Part shown: positions 28,456-37,851 of the stretch, piece after piece
Layout: every line of letters begins with the position of its first letter
How positions within the stretch are numbered: position 1 is the stretch's first letter
Source: Burkholderiales bacterium
Lineage (GTDB): Bacteria; Pseudomonadota; Gammaproteobacteria; Burkholderiales; SG8-39
NCBI GenBank assembly: GCA_026417035.1
Contig: JAOAEA010000003.1
Coordinates: 44,980-108,979 of the forward strand
Direction: 5' to 3'
Length of the DNA stretch: 64,000 nucleotides
Program-made: the position numbers and the translations under genes
The notes under the pieces: model-generated
Databases searched by the model: none
The model's input: only the letters and a program-made list of their open reading frames with translations
What the model was told of the DNA's origin: nothing

Positions 28456-29637
28456 ATGTCGAGCTATCTCTTCACCTCCGAATCCGTCTCCGAAGGCCAT
28501 CCCGACAAGGTCGCCGACCAGATCTCGGACGCCATCCTCGATGCGATTCTAGCGCAGGACAAGTACTCCCGAGTCGCCGCGGAGACGCTCGTGAACACCG
28601 GGCTCGTCGTCCTCGCGGGCGAGATCACCACCGGCGCGGTGATCGACTACCAGAGCGTCGCGCGCGGGGTCGTGAAGCGCATCGGCTACGACAACTCCGA
28701 GTACGGCATGGACTACCGCGCCTGCGCCGTGCTCGTGAACTACGACAAGCAGTCGCAGGACATCGCCCAGGGCGTGGACGAGGGCAAGGGCCTCGACCTC
28801 GAGCAGGGCGCGGGCGACCAGGGGCTGATGTTCGGCTACGCCTGCGACGAGACCCCGCAGCTCATGCCGCTGCCGATCTACCTCTCCCACCGCCTGGTCG
28901 AGCGCCAGTCGCAGCTGCGCCGCGACGGGCGCCTCGCCTGGCTGCGGCCCGACGCGAAATCGCAGGTCACCGTGCGCTACGTCGACGGCAAGCCGGACTC
29001 GGTCGACACCGTGGTCCTCTCGACGCAGCACGACGCCGACATCGGCTACGAGGCGCTGCGCGAGGCGGTGATCGAGGAGGTGATCAAGCCGGTGTTGCCG
29101 AAGAGCATGCTGAAGGGCGAGGTCAAGTACCACGTCAACCCGACCGGCCGGTTCGTGATCGGCGGCCCGCACGGCGACTGCGGCCTCACCGGCCGCAAGA
29201 TCATCGTCGACACCTACGGCGGGGCGGCGCCGCACGGCGGCGGGGCGTTCTCGGGGAAGGATCCGTCGAAGGTGGACCGCTCCGCCGCCTACGCCGCGCG
29301 CTACGTCGCCAAGAACGTGGTCGCGGCGGGCCTCGCGTCGAAGTGCCTCGTCCAGGTGTCCTACGCGATCGGCGTCGCGCGTCCGACCTCGGTGATGGTG
29401 ACGACCTCCGGCACCGGCAAGGTCTCGGACGAGAAGATCGCGGAGCTCGTGCAGAAGCACTTCGACCTGCGGCCGAAGGGCATCGTGCAGATGCTCGACC
29501 TGCTGCGCCCGATCTACGAGAAGACCGCCGCCTACGGCCACTTCGGCCGCGACGAGCCGGAGTTCACATGGGAGCGGACCGACAAGGCGAGGCTGCTCGC
29601 CGCGGAGGCGGGCCTGAAGCAGCCGGCGATGGCCTAG
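28456..29637 (+). CDS. metK: S-adenosylmethionine synthase
   Basis: Start reassigned to the ATG at 28456 ([29 protein letters not shown]). It also has [12 protein letters not shown] and [16 protein letters not shown]. Confidence 0.96.
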   Translation: MSSYLFTSESVSEGHPDKVADQISDAILDAILAQDKYSRVAAETLVNTGLVVLAGEITTGAVIDYQSVARGVVKRIGYDNSEYGMDYRACAVLVNYDKQSQDIAQGVDEGKGLDLEQGAGDQGLMFGYACDETPQLMPLPIYLSHRLVERQSQLRRDGRLAWLRPDAKSQVTVRYVDGKPDSVDTVVLSTQHDADIGYEALREAVIEEVIKPVLPKSMLKGEVKYHVNPTGRFVIGGPHGDCGLTGRKIIVDTYGGAAPHGGGAFSGKDPSKVDRSAAYAARYVAKNVVAAGLASKCLVQVSYAIGVARPTSVMVTTSGTGKVSDEKIAELVQKHFDLRPKGIVQMLDLLRPIYEKTAAYGHFGRDEPEFTWERTDKARLLAAEAGLKQPAMA

Positions 29638-29762
29638 GAAGTTGATGCAAAAGGGGCCCCTATTGGATCCCCGGAGCCGGTGACGCGAAACGCGCGCCTC
29701 GCTCGCGGAAGGCTTTCCCGCGGGGATCTCGTCGCTGTCATTGCTGCGTTTCGCATCGCGCT

Positions 29763-29860
29763 GCCAGGGAGTGCCTGAACGAAGGGGGATACATCCTCCC
29801 TCGAGCCCCGAGGTCGGAGGAAGCCCTGATCGATTCGGCGAATCGAGCGGAGCTTCCCCA
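29763..29860 (+). repeat. ~98-nt structured dispersed repeat, copy 1
   Basis: gccaggga...gaacgaagggggatacatcctccctcg...ccctgatcgattcggcgaatcga...cttcccc aligns position by position with 43953-44050, identical at roughly three-quarters of positions by eye. It contains a conserved 9-bp hairpin, cgaaggggg-NNNNNN-cc(y)cc(y)tcg. Confidence 0.7.
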
Positions 29861-29881
29861 AGTGGCCCCGGGGGCGACCGG

Positions 29882-29905
29882 GCCCGGGCGCACCCCGGGC
29901 TTTTT
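29882..29905 (+). terminator. Rho-independent terminator
   Basis: gcccggg-cgcac-cccgggc is followed by ttttt. It lies downstream of metK and of repeat copy 1. Confidence 0.65.
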
Positions 29906-29965
29906 CATTGCACGGTTGAATCCATTCTGGTACCATTCTGCATCCATCGGGAAAGAGGGTGCAGG

Positions 29966-30301
29966 ATGCCAGTGACCTTCACGGTCAAGGCGGTGCCCGA
30001 CCGGCTTGCCCGGCGGCTTCGCGAGCGCGCCGCCGCGCACCACCGCTCGCTGCAGGGCGAGCTCATGGCGATCCTCGAGGCCGCCGCCGGCGCGGAGACT
30101 CCGGCGGTGCGCGAGCCTGCACCGCCGCCTTACCCTGCGGAGCGCGGGCGGCGCGCGCCGCGACGGGCCGAACCGGCGGCACATGGGCGCAAGCTGACGC
30201 TGGCGGAGCTGTGGGAGCGATCGCGGCGCCTCGGACCCGGCTCTGCGAGCGAGTCGAGCGCGATCGTCCGCAGGCTGCGCGATGAACGTTTCGGTCGTTG
30301 A
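29966..30301 (+). CDS. vapB: type II antitoxin, ribbon-helix-helix (FitA/VapB-like)
   Basis: Start reassigned to the ATG at 29966, preceded by an SD (gaaagaggg). The N-terminus MPVTFTVKAVPDRLARRLRERAAAHHRSLQGELMAILE is an Arc/RHH-type fold. It overlaps the PIN toxin gene by 20 nt. Confidence 0.8.
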   Translation: MPVTFTVKAVPDRLARRLRERAAAHHRSLQGELMAILEAAAGAETPAVREPAPPPYPAERGRRAPRRAEPAAHGRKLTLAELWERSRRLGPGSASESSAIVRRLRDERFGR

Positions 30302-30674
30302 CGCGTCGGCCGTCGCCGCGGTTTTGTTCGACGAGCCGGAGGCGGCGGCGCTCGTCGCCGGTGCGGGTTCGGCGCTCGTCGCGCCGACGCTGCTGCGCTT
30401 CGAACTGGCGAGCGTCTGCGCGACCAAGCTGCGCCGTGACCCGGCTCGTTCCACCGCGACGCTCGCTCGCTACGCACTGCTCGACGACTTGGCGATCGAG
30501 CTGGTCGACCCCGACTGGGACTCGCTCCCGGGGCTCGCCGACCGGTGGAGCCTGAGCGCCTATGACGCCGCCTATCTGCAAGTCGCGCTCGCGCGTCGGG
30601 CAGCGCTCGTCACGCTCGATGCGCGTCTCGCCGCCGCGCACGACCTCGCCGCGCGCGGTGCGGAACAGCCCTGA
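30282..30674 (+). CDS. vapC: type II toxin VapC (PIN domain ribonuclease)
   Basis: 130 aa with the PIN acidic residues in context (VVDASAV..., [26 protein letters not shown]). Confidence 0.85.
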   Translation: MNVSVVDASAVAAVLFDEPEAAALVAGAGSALVAPTLLRFELASVCATKLRRDPARSTATLARYALLDDLAIELVDPDWDSLPGLADRWSLSAYDAAYLQVALARRAALVTLDARLAAAHDLAARGAEQP

Positions 30675-30681
30675 GCCGCCC

Positions 30682-30710
30682 TTGGCTGGCGGCCGGCACT
30701 CCGGTATACT
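30682..30710 (+). promoter_or_regulatory. sigma-70 promoter for the ahcY-metF leader
   Basis: TTGGCT (30682-30687), N17, TATACT (30705-30710), immediately 5' of the riboswitch. Confidence 0.6.
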
Positions 30711-30716
30711 CCCCTC

Positions 30717-30780
30717 CCGCTGAGGAGCGCTGCGACCCGCGGGGGCCAGGCTCAGCATGGAATCAACGGCGCTCGCATCG
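30717..30780 (+). promoter_or_regulatory. SAH (S-adenosylhomocysteine) riboswitch
   Basis: ccgcuGAGGAGCGCUGCGACCCGCGGGGGCCAGGCUCAGcauggaaucAACGGCGCUCgc matches the SAH-element core as I remember it (GAGGAGCGCUGC ... AGGCUC ... AACGGCGCUC). It sits upstream of ahcY, the classic context. Confidence 0.8.
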
Positions 30781-30806
30781 GAAACGGTGCGGGCGCTTTT
30801 TCTTTC
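30769..30806 (+). terminator. riboswitch expression-platform intrinsic terminator
   Basis: A 12-bp stem pairs 30769-30780 with 30785-30796 (two G-U pairs). It has a GAAA tetraloop (30781-30784) and is followed by UUUUUCUUUC. The 5' arm overlaps the conserved GGCGCUC of the aptamer. Confidence 0.7.
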
Positions 30807-30916
30807 TGCCCCTGCCGAGGGGCGCTGCAGCCGGCGCGATCTCGCCCGGCGAGGCTCGGCAGGCGTGCGGACCTTCGGTCCAACGGCGCCCGTCGCACGT
30901 CGAAGGAAGTACGACC

Positions 30917-32329
<1,413 letters not shown>

Positions 32330-32414
32330 GCCCGCACCCCCGACCACGCACGCACGGAGGCGCGAAGGGGTCACGGAGCGGCCGTCCGTCTCCGCGTGCC
32401 CTCGCGGTGAAGCC

Positions 32415-33266
32415 GTGGACACGCAGCGCAAGCATCCCCGCACCTACTCGTTCGAGTTCTTCCCGCCCAAGACGCCCGAGGGCGCGGCGAAGCTGCGCGA
32501 AGCGCGGCGCGAGCTCGCGCGCCTGGGCCCGAGATTCTTCTCGGTCACGTTCGGCGCCGGCGGATCGACGCGCGACCGCACCCTCGAGACCGTGCTCGAG
32601 ATCCAGCGCGAGGGCCTCGAGGCGGCGCCGCACATCTCGTGCATCGGCGCGACGCGCACCGACATCGCCGCGATCCTCGCGCAGTACCGCGCGGCGGGCA
32701 TCCGCCACATCGTCGCGCTGCGCGGCGACCTGCCCTCCGGCGCGATCGGCGCGGGCGAGCTGCGCTACGCGAACGAGCTCGTCGCGTTCGTCCGCGAGAC
32801 CACGGGCGACTGGTTCGAGATCGAGGTGGCCTGCTACCCCGAGTGCCACCCGCAGGCGAAGAGCCCCGCGGACGACCTCGTGAACTTCAAGCGCAAGGTG
32901 GACGCGGGCGCGAACGCCGCGATCACGCAGTACTTCTACAACGCGGACGCGTACTTCCGCTTCGTCGCGGACTGCGAGCGCGCCGGCGTCGGCATCCCCA
33001 TCGTCCCCGGCGTGATGCCGATCGGCAACTTCAGCCAGCTCGCGCGCTTTTCGGACGCCTGCGGCGCCGAGATCCCGCGCTGGATCCGCCTGCGGCTGCA
33101 GTCCTACGCCGACGACGTCGCCTCGATCCGCGCCTTCGGCCTCGACGTGGTCACCGCGCTCTGCGACCGGCTGCTCGCCGCGGGTGCGCCGGGGCTGCAC
33201 TTCTACACGATGAACCAGGCGGCGCTTACCGCCGAGATCTGGAAGCGACTCGGGCTGCCGCGCTGA
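32415..33266 (+). CDS. metF: methylenetetrahydrofolate reductase
   Basis: 283 aa with a GTG start. It carries YSFEFFPPKT, FSVTFGAGGSTR and HIVALRGD. Confidence 0.93.
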   Translation: MDTQRKHPRTYSFEFFPPKTPEGAAKLREARRELARLGPRFFSVTFGAGGSTRDRTLETVLEIQREGLEAAPHISCIGATRTDIAAILAQYRAAGIRHIVALRGDLPSGAIGAGELRYANELVAFVRETTGDWFEIEVACYPECHPQAKSPADDLVNFKRKVDAGANAAITQYFYNADAYFRFVADCERAGVGIPIVPGVMPIGNFSQLARFSDACGAEIPRWIRLRLQSYADDVASIRAFGLDVVTALCDRLLAAGAPGLHFYTMNQAALTAEIWKRLGLPR

Positions 33267-33283
33267 GAGCGCAAGACGCTTGT

Positions 33284-33316
33284 GGGAAAACGAGAGGGCG
33301 GCCGCATGGCCGCCCT
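33284..33316. terminator. perfect 9-bp hairpin after metF, with a U-tract only on the minus strand
   Basis: agggcggcc-gcat-ggccgccct (33295-33316) is preceded by ggaaaacgag, which reads ctcgttttcc on the minus strand. Confidence 0.4.
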
Positions 33317-33475
33317 GCGCAGGTCGCTGCGCCCGGACCTCCCGGGCTAGAGACTGGAGACCGGCCTCGAGCCCCGGCCCTTTGGAGGGACCGCGGGCGA
33401 GGCCACGTCGCAGGAGGGTGGGAGCCCCGCGCTCGCCCCAGCCGCCAGCCCGGGAACCCCGGGCGCGCCGGAGCT

Positions 33476-33613
33476 TCAGGAGCCGCCGCCGGCCACGAGC
33501 ACCACGGCCGCCGCGGCGACCATGCTGAACACGATGCCCGTCGCGAGCGCGACGCCCAGCGTGCGGGCGAAGTCGAGCGCCACGTCGCGAGTGCGGATCC
33601 CTGCGGTCTTCAT
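33476..33613 (-). CDS. small hydrophobic protein (45 aa), hypothetical
   Basis: Internal ATG at 33613, preceded by a strong SD (caggaggagtttcgATG). Product MKTAGIRTRDVALDFARTLGVALATGIVFSMVAAAAVVLVAGGGS has one predicted TM helix. It is divergent from the OmpR-type response regulator. Confidence 0.45.
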   Translation of the reverse strand: MKTAGIRTRDVALDFARTLGVALATGIVFSMVAAAAVVLVAGGGS

Positions 33614-33818
33614 CGAAACTCCTCCTGTTCGCGGCCGGGCGGCGCCCGACCGCGCCGCCATGCCTCGTATTCGAACGACCCAGTGTGGTGGCGGCGCGTC
33701 GCGATGATGGCAGGTTAGCGGGCAAAAGTGGCGGAAAAAAGGCACGCTTCGCCCCGCGCGGCGGCAGCCGGCGGCGCTGCGCTATAGTCGCGGTCTCCGC
33801 GCCCCCCATTCCGACGTC

Positions 33819-34511
33819 ATGCCGAAGCGCATCGCCATCGTCGAGGACGACGCCTCGATCCGCGCCAACTACGCCGACGTCCTGAAGCGGCACGGCTACG
33901 AAGTCTCGGCCTTCGCCAACCGCCGCGAGGCGATGGCGGCGCTCGCGACGCGGCTCCCGGACCTCGCCATCCTCGACATCGGGCTCGCCGACGAGCCCGA
34001 CGGCGGCTTCGCCCTGTGCAGAGACCTGCGGGCGATGTCGGCCACGCTGCCGATCATCTTCCTCACCGCCCGGGACAGCGACTTCGACACGGTTTCCGGG
34101 CTGCGGCTGGGGGCGGACGACTACCTCACCAAGGACGTGAGCCTCCCGCACCTCCTCGCGCGCATCAGCGCGCTCTTCCGCCGCGCCGACCTCGCGCGCG
34201 AGACGCCGCAGACCGAGGACATCCTCGAGCGCGGCCGGCTCGCGCTCGACATGAAGCGGTTCGTGGTGACGTGGAACGGACGGCCGGTCGACCTGACGCT
34301 CACCGAGTTCTGGATCGTGCACTCGCTCGCGCGGCACCCGGGGCACGTCAAAAACCGCGAGCAGCTCATGGCCGACGCGAACATCGTCGTCGACGACAGC
34401 ACCATCACGTCCCACGTGAAGCGCATCCGGCGGAAGTTCGCCGCGGTGGACCCGGCGTTCGACGCGATCGACACGCTCTACGGGATGGGCTACCGCTGGC
34501 AGGCGCAGTAG
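33819..34511 (+). CDS. OmpR/PhoB-family response regulator
   Basis: 230 aa with a receiver domain (IAIVEDD...LAILDIGL...) and a winged-helix output domain (LTLTEFWIVHSLARHPGHV...TLYGMGYRW). Confidence 0.9.
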   Translation: MPKRIAIVEDDASIRANYADVLKRHGYEVSAFANRREAMAALATRLPDLAILDIGLADEPDGGFALCRDLRAMSATLPIIFLTARDSDFDTVSGLRLGADDYLTKDVSLPHLLARISALFRRADLARETPQTEDILERGRLALDMKRFVVTWNGRPVDLTLTEFWIVHSLARHPGHVKNREQLMADANIVVDDSTITSHVKRIRRKFAAVDPAFDAIDTLYGMGYRWQAQ

Positions 34512-34513
34512 CG

Positions 34514-36142
34514 ATGCCGGCGGCGCCGCGCCTCGCCCCGCGCTTCGGCCTGCGTGCGAAAGTGCTCGTCGTCGCGCTCGTGCTCCTCGCCATCCCGCTC
34601 GCCGGCTGGAGCTACCTGAAGGAGGTCGAACGGGTGCTGCGCGCCGGACAGGAGCAGGCCGTCGCGGCGACCTCGCGCGCGGTGGCCACGGCGCTGCACG
34701 ACCGCCCCAAGCTCCTCGACCTGCGTGCGCGGACCGACGCGGTGCCCGACCCCGCCGCGCCGCCGCTGCCCGGCGGCGCGCGGCGCGTGGCGCCGGACCC
34801 GCGCGCCGCGACCGAGGAGATCGAGCTCATCATCCAGGGGCTGGGGCGCTCGAGTGGACGCATCTGGGTCGTCGACCGCAAGTTGAACCTCCTCGCGATC
34901 GCGGGCAGCCTCAAGCGGGCGGAGACCCCCGAGCGCGCGCAGTCCGCGTGGGAGCGCTTCGTCACCGCCCCGCTGCGCCCGTTCCTCGAGCGCGTCCTGG
35001 CGCGCCCCACCGAGGACTTCGACGACGCGCTGCCGGAGGCAGCGATCGCCGGTGGCCGCGACGTGGCGAGCGCGCTCGACGGCGTGCCCGCCTCGCGCTG
35101 GCGGCACACCCCGGACGGGCGCGCGGCGATCGTGTCGGCGGCGCACCCGATCTGGCACGGCGAGGAGGTGGTCGGCGCGGTGGTCGTCGAGGAGACGGCG
35201 AACGCGATCCAGTCGCTCTCGAGCGACGCCCTGGAGCGGCTGGTCACGGTGACCCTGGTCGCGTTCCTCATCGGCGGCCTGACGCTCCTCCTGTTCGCCT
35301 CGCGGCTGTCGGAGCGCCTGCGGCGCCTGCGCGACGAGGCCGAGGCCGCGATCGACTCGCAGGGCCGCATCCGGCGGCTCATCACCGGCACCGGCGCGCG
35401 CGACGAGATCGGCGACCTGTCGCGCAGCTTCTCGACCGCGCTCGAGCGCATCGCGCAGTACAACGCCCACCTCGAGGCGCTCGCGGGGCGGCTCTCCCAC
35501 GAGCTGCGCACGCCGATCGCGGTGGTGCGCTCGTCGCTCGACAACCTGCGCATGCAGGACCCAACCCCGGAGGCGCGCGTCTACCTCGAGCGCGCCAACG
35601 ACGGCCTCGCGCGGCTCACGACGCTCATCACCCGCATGGGCGAGGCGACGCGGCTCGAGCAGACGGTGCGCGAGGCCGAGCGCGAGCGCTTCGATGCGCG
35701 CGCCGTGACCGCCGGCTGCGTCGCGGGCTACGCGAGCGCCTATCCGACGCACCGCTTCGTGCTCGACGCGCCGTCCGAGCCGGTGTGGATCGACGGCGCG
35801 CCGGACCTCTTCGCCCAGATGCTCGACAAGCTCGCGGCGAACGCGGTGGACTTCTCGCCACGCGAGGCGCCGATCCGCGTCGCGCTCGCGCGCCGCGGCG
35901 GCGAAGCGGCGCTCACGATGACCAACCACGGCCCGCCCCTGCCCGCGGAGATCGCCGGGCGCCTCTTCGAGACGATGGTGTCGGCGCGCAAGGATGCGGG
36001 ACCGGAGCCGCACCTCGGCCTCGGGCTGTATATCGTGCGGCTCATCGCCGAGTTCCACCGCGGCCACGCGCGCGCTGCGAATCTGCCCGATGGCTCGGGC
36101 GTCGCGTTCACGGTGACGCTGCCGCTCGCCGCGGCGCCGTGA
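34514..36142 (+). CDS. sensor histidine kinase (periplasmic sensor, HAMP, HisKA, HATPase)
   Basis: Start reassigned to the ATG at 34514, 3 nt after the response-regulator stop. It has two TM segments, an H-box (LSHELRTPIAVV), and N and G boxes (NAVDFSP, GLGLYIV). Confidence 0.88.
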   Translation: MPAAPRLAPRFGLRAKVLVVALVLLAIPLAGWSYLKEVERVLRAGQEQAVAATSRAVATALHDRPKLLDLRARTDAVPDPAAPPLPGGARRVAPDPRAATEEIELIIQGLGRSSGRIWVVDRKLNLLAIAGSLKRAETPERAQSAWERFVTAPLRPFLERVLARPTEDFDDALPEAAIAGGRDVASALDGVPASRWRHTPDGRAAIVSAAHPIWHGEEVVGAVVVEETANAIQSLSSDALERLVTVTLVAFLIGGLTLLLFASRLSERLRRLRDEAEAAIDSQGRIRRLITGTGARDEIGDLSRSFSTALERIAQYNAHLEALAGRLSHELRTPIAVVRSSLDNLRMQDPTPEARVYLERANDGLARLTTLITRMGEATRLEQTVREAERERFDARAVTAGCVAGYASAYPTHRFVLDAPSEPVWIDGAPDLFAQMLDKLAANAVDFSPREAPIRVALARRGGEAALTMTNHGPPLPAEIAGRLFETMVSARKDAGPEPHLGLGLYIVRLIAEFHRGHARAANLPDGSGVAFTVTLPLAAAP

Positions 36143-36151
36143 CCGTGCCGC

Positions 36152-36859
36152 TCAGAGGGCGCGGCGCTGCGACGCGATCGAGAGCGCCGGGAGCTGGATC
36201 CCGAGCTTGGAGAGCTTGAACACCGCCTGGGTGCGGTTGGCGACGTCCAGCGCCCGCAGGATCGCGGAGATGTGGGTCTTGACGGTGCCCTCGGCGAGGT
36301 CGAGCTCACGGCAGATGAGCTTGTTCGGCTTGCCCTGCACGATGAGGGCGAGCACCTCGGCCTGACGGTCGGTGAGCCCCAGGTCCGCGAGCGAGCGTGC
36401 CGTCCCGGCGGTCGCCGGCGCGCCGGGCGCTGGTCCGGCCGCTGCGGCCTCGATGGCATCGTGCCCCCCCACGACCTGCGGCGGCACGTAGACCCCGCCG
36501 GCGAGCACCAGACGCAGCGCGTTCACGAGCACCGGCGTCGCGGCGCGCTTGGAGATGAAGCCCATCGCGCCCACGTCGATCGCCGCGAGCACGACGTCGC
36601 GCTGGTCGTTCGCCGAGAGCACCACGACCGGCACCTCGGGGCGCTCCGAGCGCATCTGCTCGAGCAGGCTCATGCCCCGCGCGCCCGGCAGCCCGAGGTC
36701 GAGCAACACGAGCGCGAAGCCGTCGGCGCCGGAGAACGCCGCCAGTGCCTCGTCGGCGCTCGCGGCCTCGATCGTCTCGACCTCCGGGTCGAGCTCGCCC
36801 AGCACGTTGGCGAGCCCTTCGCGGATCAGCGGGTGGTCGTCGACGATCAGGATTTTCAT
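36152..36859 (-). CDS. NarL/FixJ (LuxR-type HTH) response regulator
   Basis: Start reassigned to the ATG at 36859 (MKILIVDDHPLIREGL). The C-terminal HTH is LTDRQAEVLALIVQGKPNKLICRELDLAEGTVKTHISAILRAL. Confidence 0.9.
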   Translation of the reverse strand: MKILIVDDHPLIREGLANVLGELDPEVETIEAASADEALAAFSGADGFALVLLDLGLPGARGMSLLEQMRSERPEVPVVVLSANDQRDVVLAAIDVGAMGFISKRAATPVLVNALRLVLAGGVYVPPQVVGGHDAIEAAAAGPAPGAPATAGTARSLADLGLTDRQAEVLALIVQGKPNKLICRELDLAEGTVKTHISAILRALDVANRTQAVFKLSKLGIQLPALSIASQRRAL

Positions 36860-36950
36860 CACGGCGCTCCCCGGCGGCCGCCGCCCCGGGCGGCCGCGAA
36901 TCGCTTGGGCTCCGGGGTGAACGGTAGCCACCTCGCCGCTGCCCGGCAAC

Positions 36951-36964
36951 CATCCCTAGGGATG
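36951..36964. promoter_or_regulatory. perfect 14-bp palindrome CATCCCTAGGGATG in the divergent regulator intergenic region
   Basis: The site is exactly self-complementary. It lies 92 nt upstream of the minus-strand response regulator and 180 nt upstream of the plus-strand response regulator. Confidence 0.4.
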
Positions 36965-37075
36965 ATCCGGCCCTGTCGGCCGCCGGCGACGGACCGCGGT
37001 GCCGGCTGTCGTGGAAGCGACAAGCACTCCGGCGGGCATCGTGACGGACGCCACAGGGCGGGCGCCGGGCCGCAA

Positions 37076-37104
37076 TTGGGCGGGTCGAGGCCGGGTGCTA
37101 GTAT
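37076..37104 (+). promoter_or_regulatory. sigma-70 promoter (extended -10) for the response regulator/hybrid kinase operon
   Basis: TTGGGC-N17-TAGTAT with a TG at the extended -10 position (tgcTAGTAT), 40 nt upstream of the GTG at 37144. Confidence 0.5.
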
Positions 37105-37143
37105 CGAAGCACAACGCCAACAACATCGGCCCTGGGGGACGTC

Positions 37144-37827
37144 GTGAAGATCGTCGTCGTCGACGACCATCCGCTGATCGTCGAAGCGCTGCATCACGTG
37201 CTGAAGAGCCTCGCCGAGGAGGTGGAGGTCTTCGACGCGCGCACGGCCGCCGAGGGCCGCGCCCGGCTCGAGGCGCACCCGGATGCCGACCTCCTGCTGC
37301 TCGACCTCGGGCTGCCCGGCACCGACGGCTTCTCGCTGCTCGCGGACATCCGCGAGTCCTTCCCCACCGTCCCGGTCGTGGTGCTCTCGGGGACCGACAG
37401 CCGCGACGACGTCGTGCGCGCGATCGATGCCGGCGCGATGGGCTTCATCCCGAAGTCGTCGTCGAACCAGGTGATGGTGAACGCGCTGCGCATCGTGCTC
37501 ACCGGCACGCCGTACATCCCGCCGGAGGTGCTGCGCCACCAGGAGGCCGCCGCGGCCGGCGCCAGCGGCGCGCCCGGCCCGCGCTCGCCCGGTTGGCGCG
37601 ACCTCGGCCTCACCGAGCGGCAGACGCAGGTGCTCGCCCTGATGCTGCAAGGCAAGCCCAACAAGCTCATCTGCCGCGAGCTGAACCTCGCCGAGGGCAC
37701 GGTCAAGATCCACGTGGCGGCGATCCTGCGCGCGCTCAACGTCGCCAACCGCACGCAGGCGGTGATCGAGGCGAGCCGTCTCGGCCTCGAGCTGCCGGGC
37801 CTCGCCGACCCCGGCGTCAAGGGCTGA
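37144..37827 (+). CDS. NarL/FixJ (LuxR-type HTH) response regulator, paralog of 36152-36859
   Basis: 227 aa with a GTG start (MKIVVVDDHPLIVEAL). Its HTH, LTERQTQVLALMLQGKPNKLICRELNLAEGTVKIHVAAILRAL, is nearly identical to that of the divergent neighbour. Confidence 0.9.
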   Translation: MKIVVVDDHPLIVEALHHVLKSLAEEVEVFDARTAAEGRARLEAHPDADLLLLDLGLPGTDGFSLLADIRESFPTVPVVVLSGTDSRDDVVRAIDAGAMGFIPKSSSNQVMVNALRIVLTGTPYIPPEVLRHQEAAAAGASGAPGPRSPGWRDLGLTERQTQVLALMLQGKPNKLICRELNLAEGTVKIHVAAILRALNVANRTQAVIEASRLGLELPGLADPGVKG

Positions 37828-37851
37828 AACGGGCGGGCCGGGCGGCGAGCC

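Noticed and set aside
33819-36142. Assigning the OmpR-type response regulator and kinase pair to the proteobacterial dedicated sortase (PdsR/PdsS) system.
   Set aside because: Some motifs looked familiar from memory. No sortase or LPXTG substrate gene is in the window, and I cannot verify the family without a profile search.
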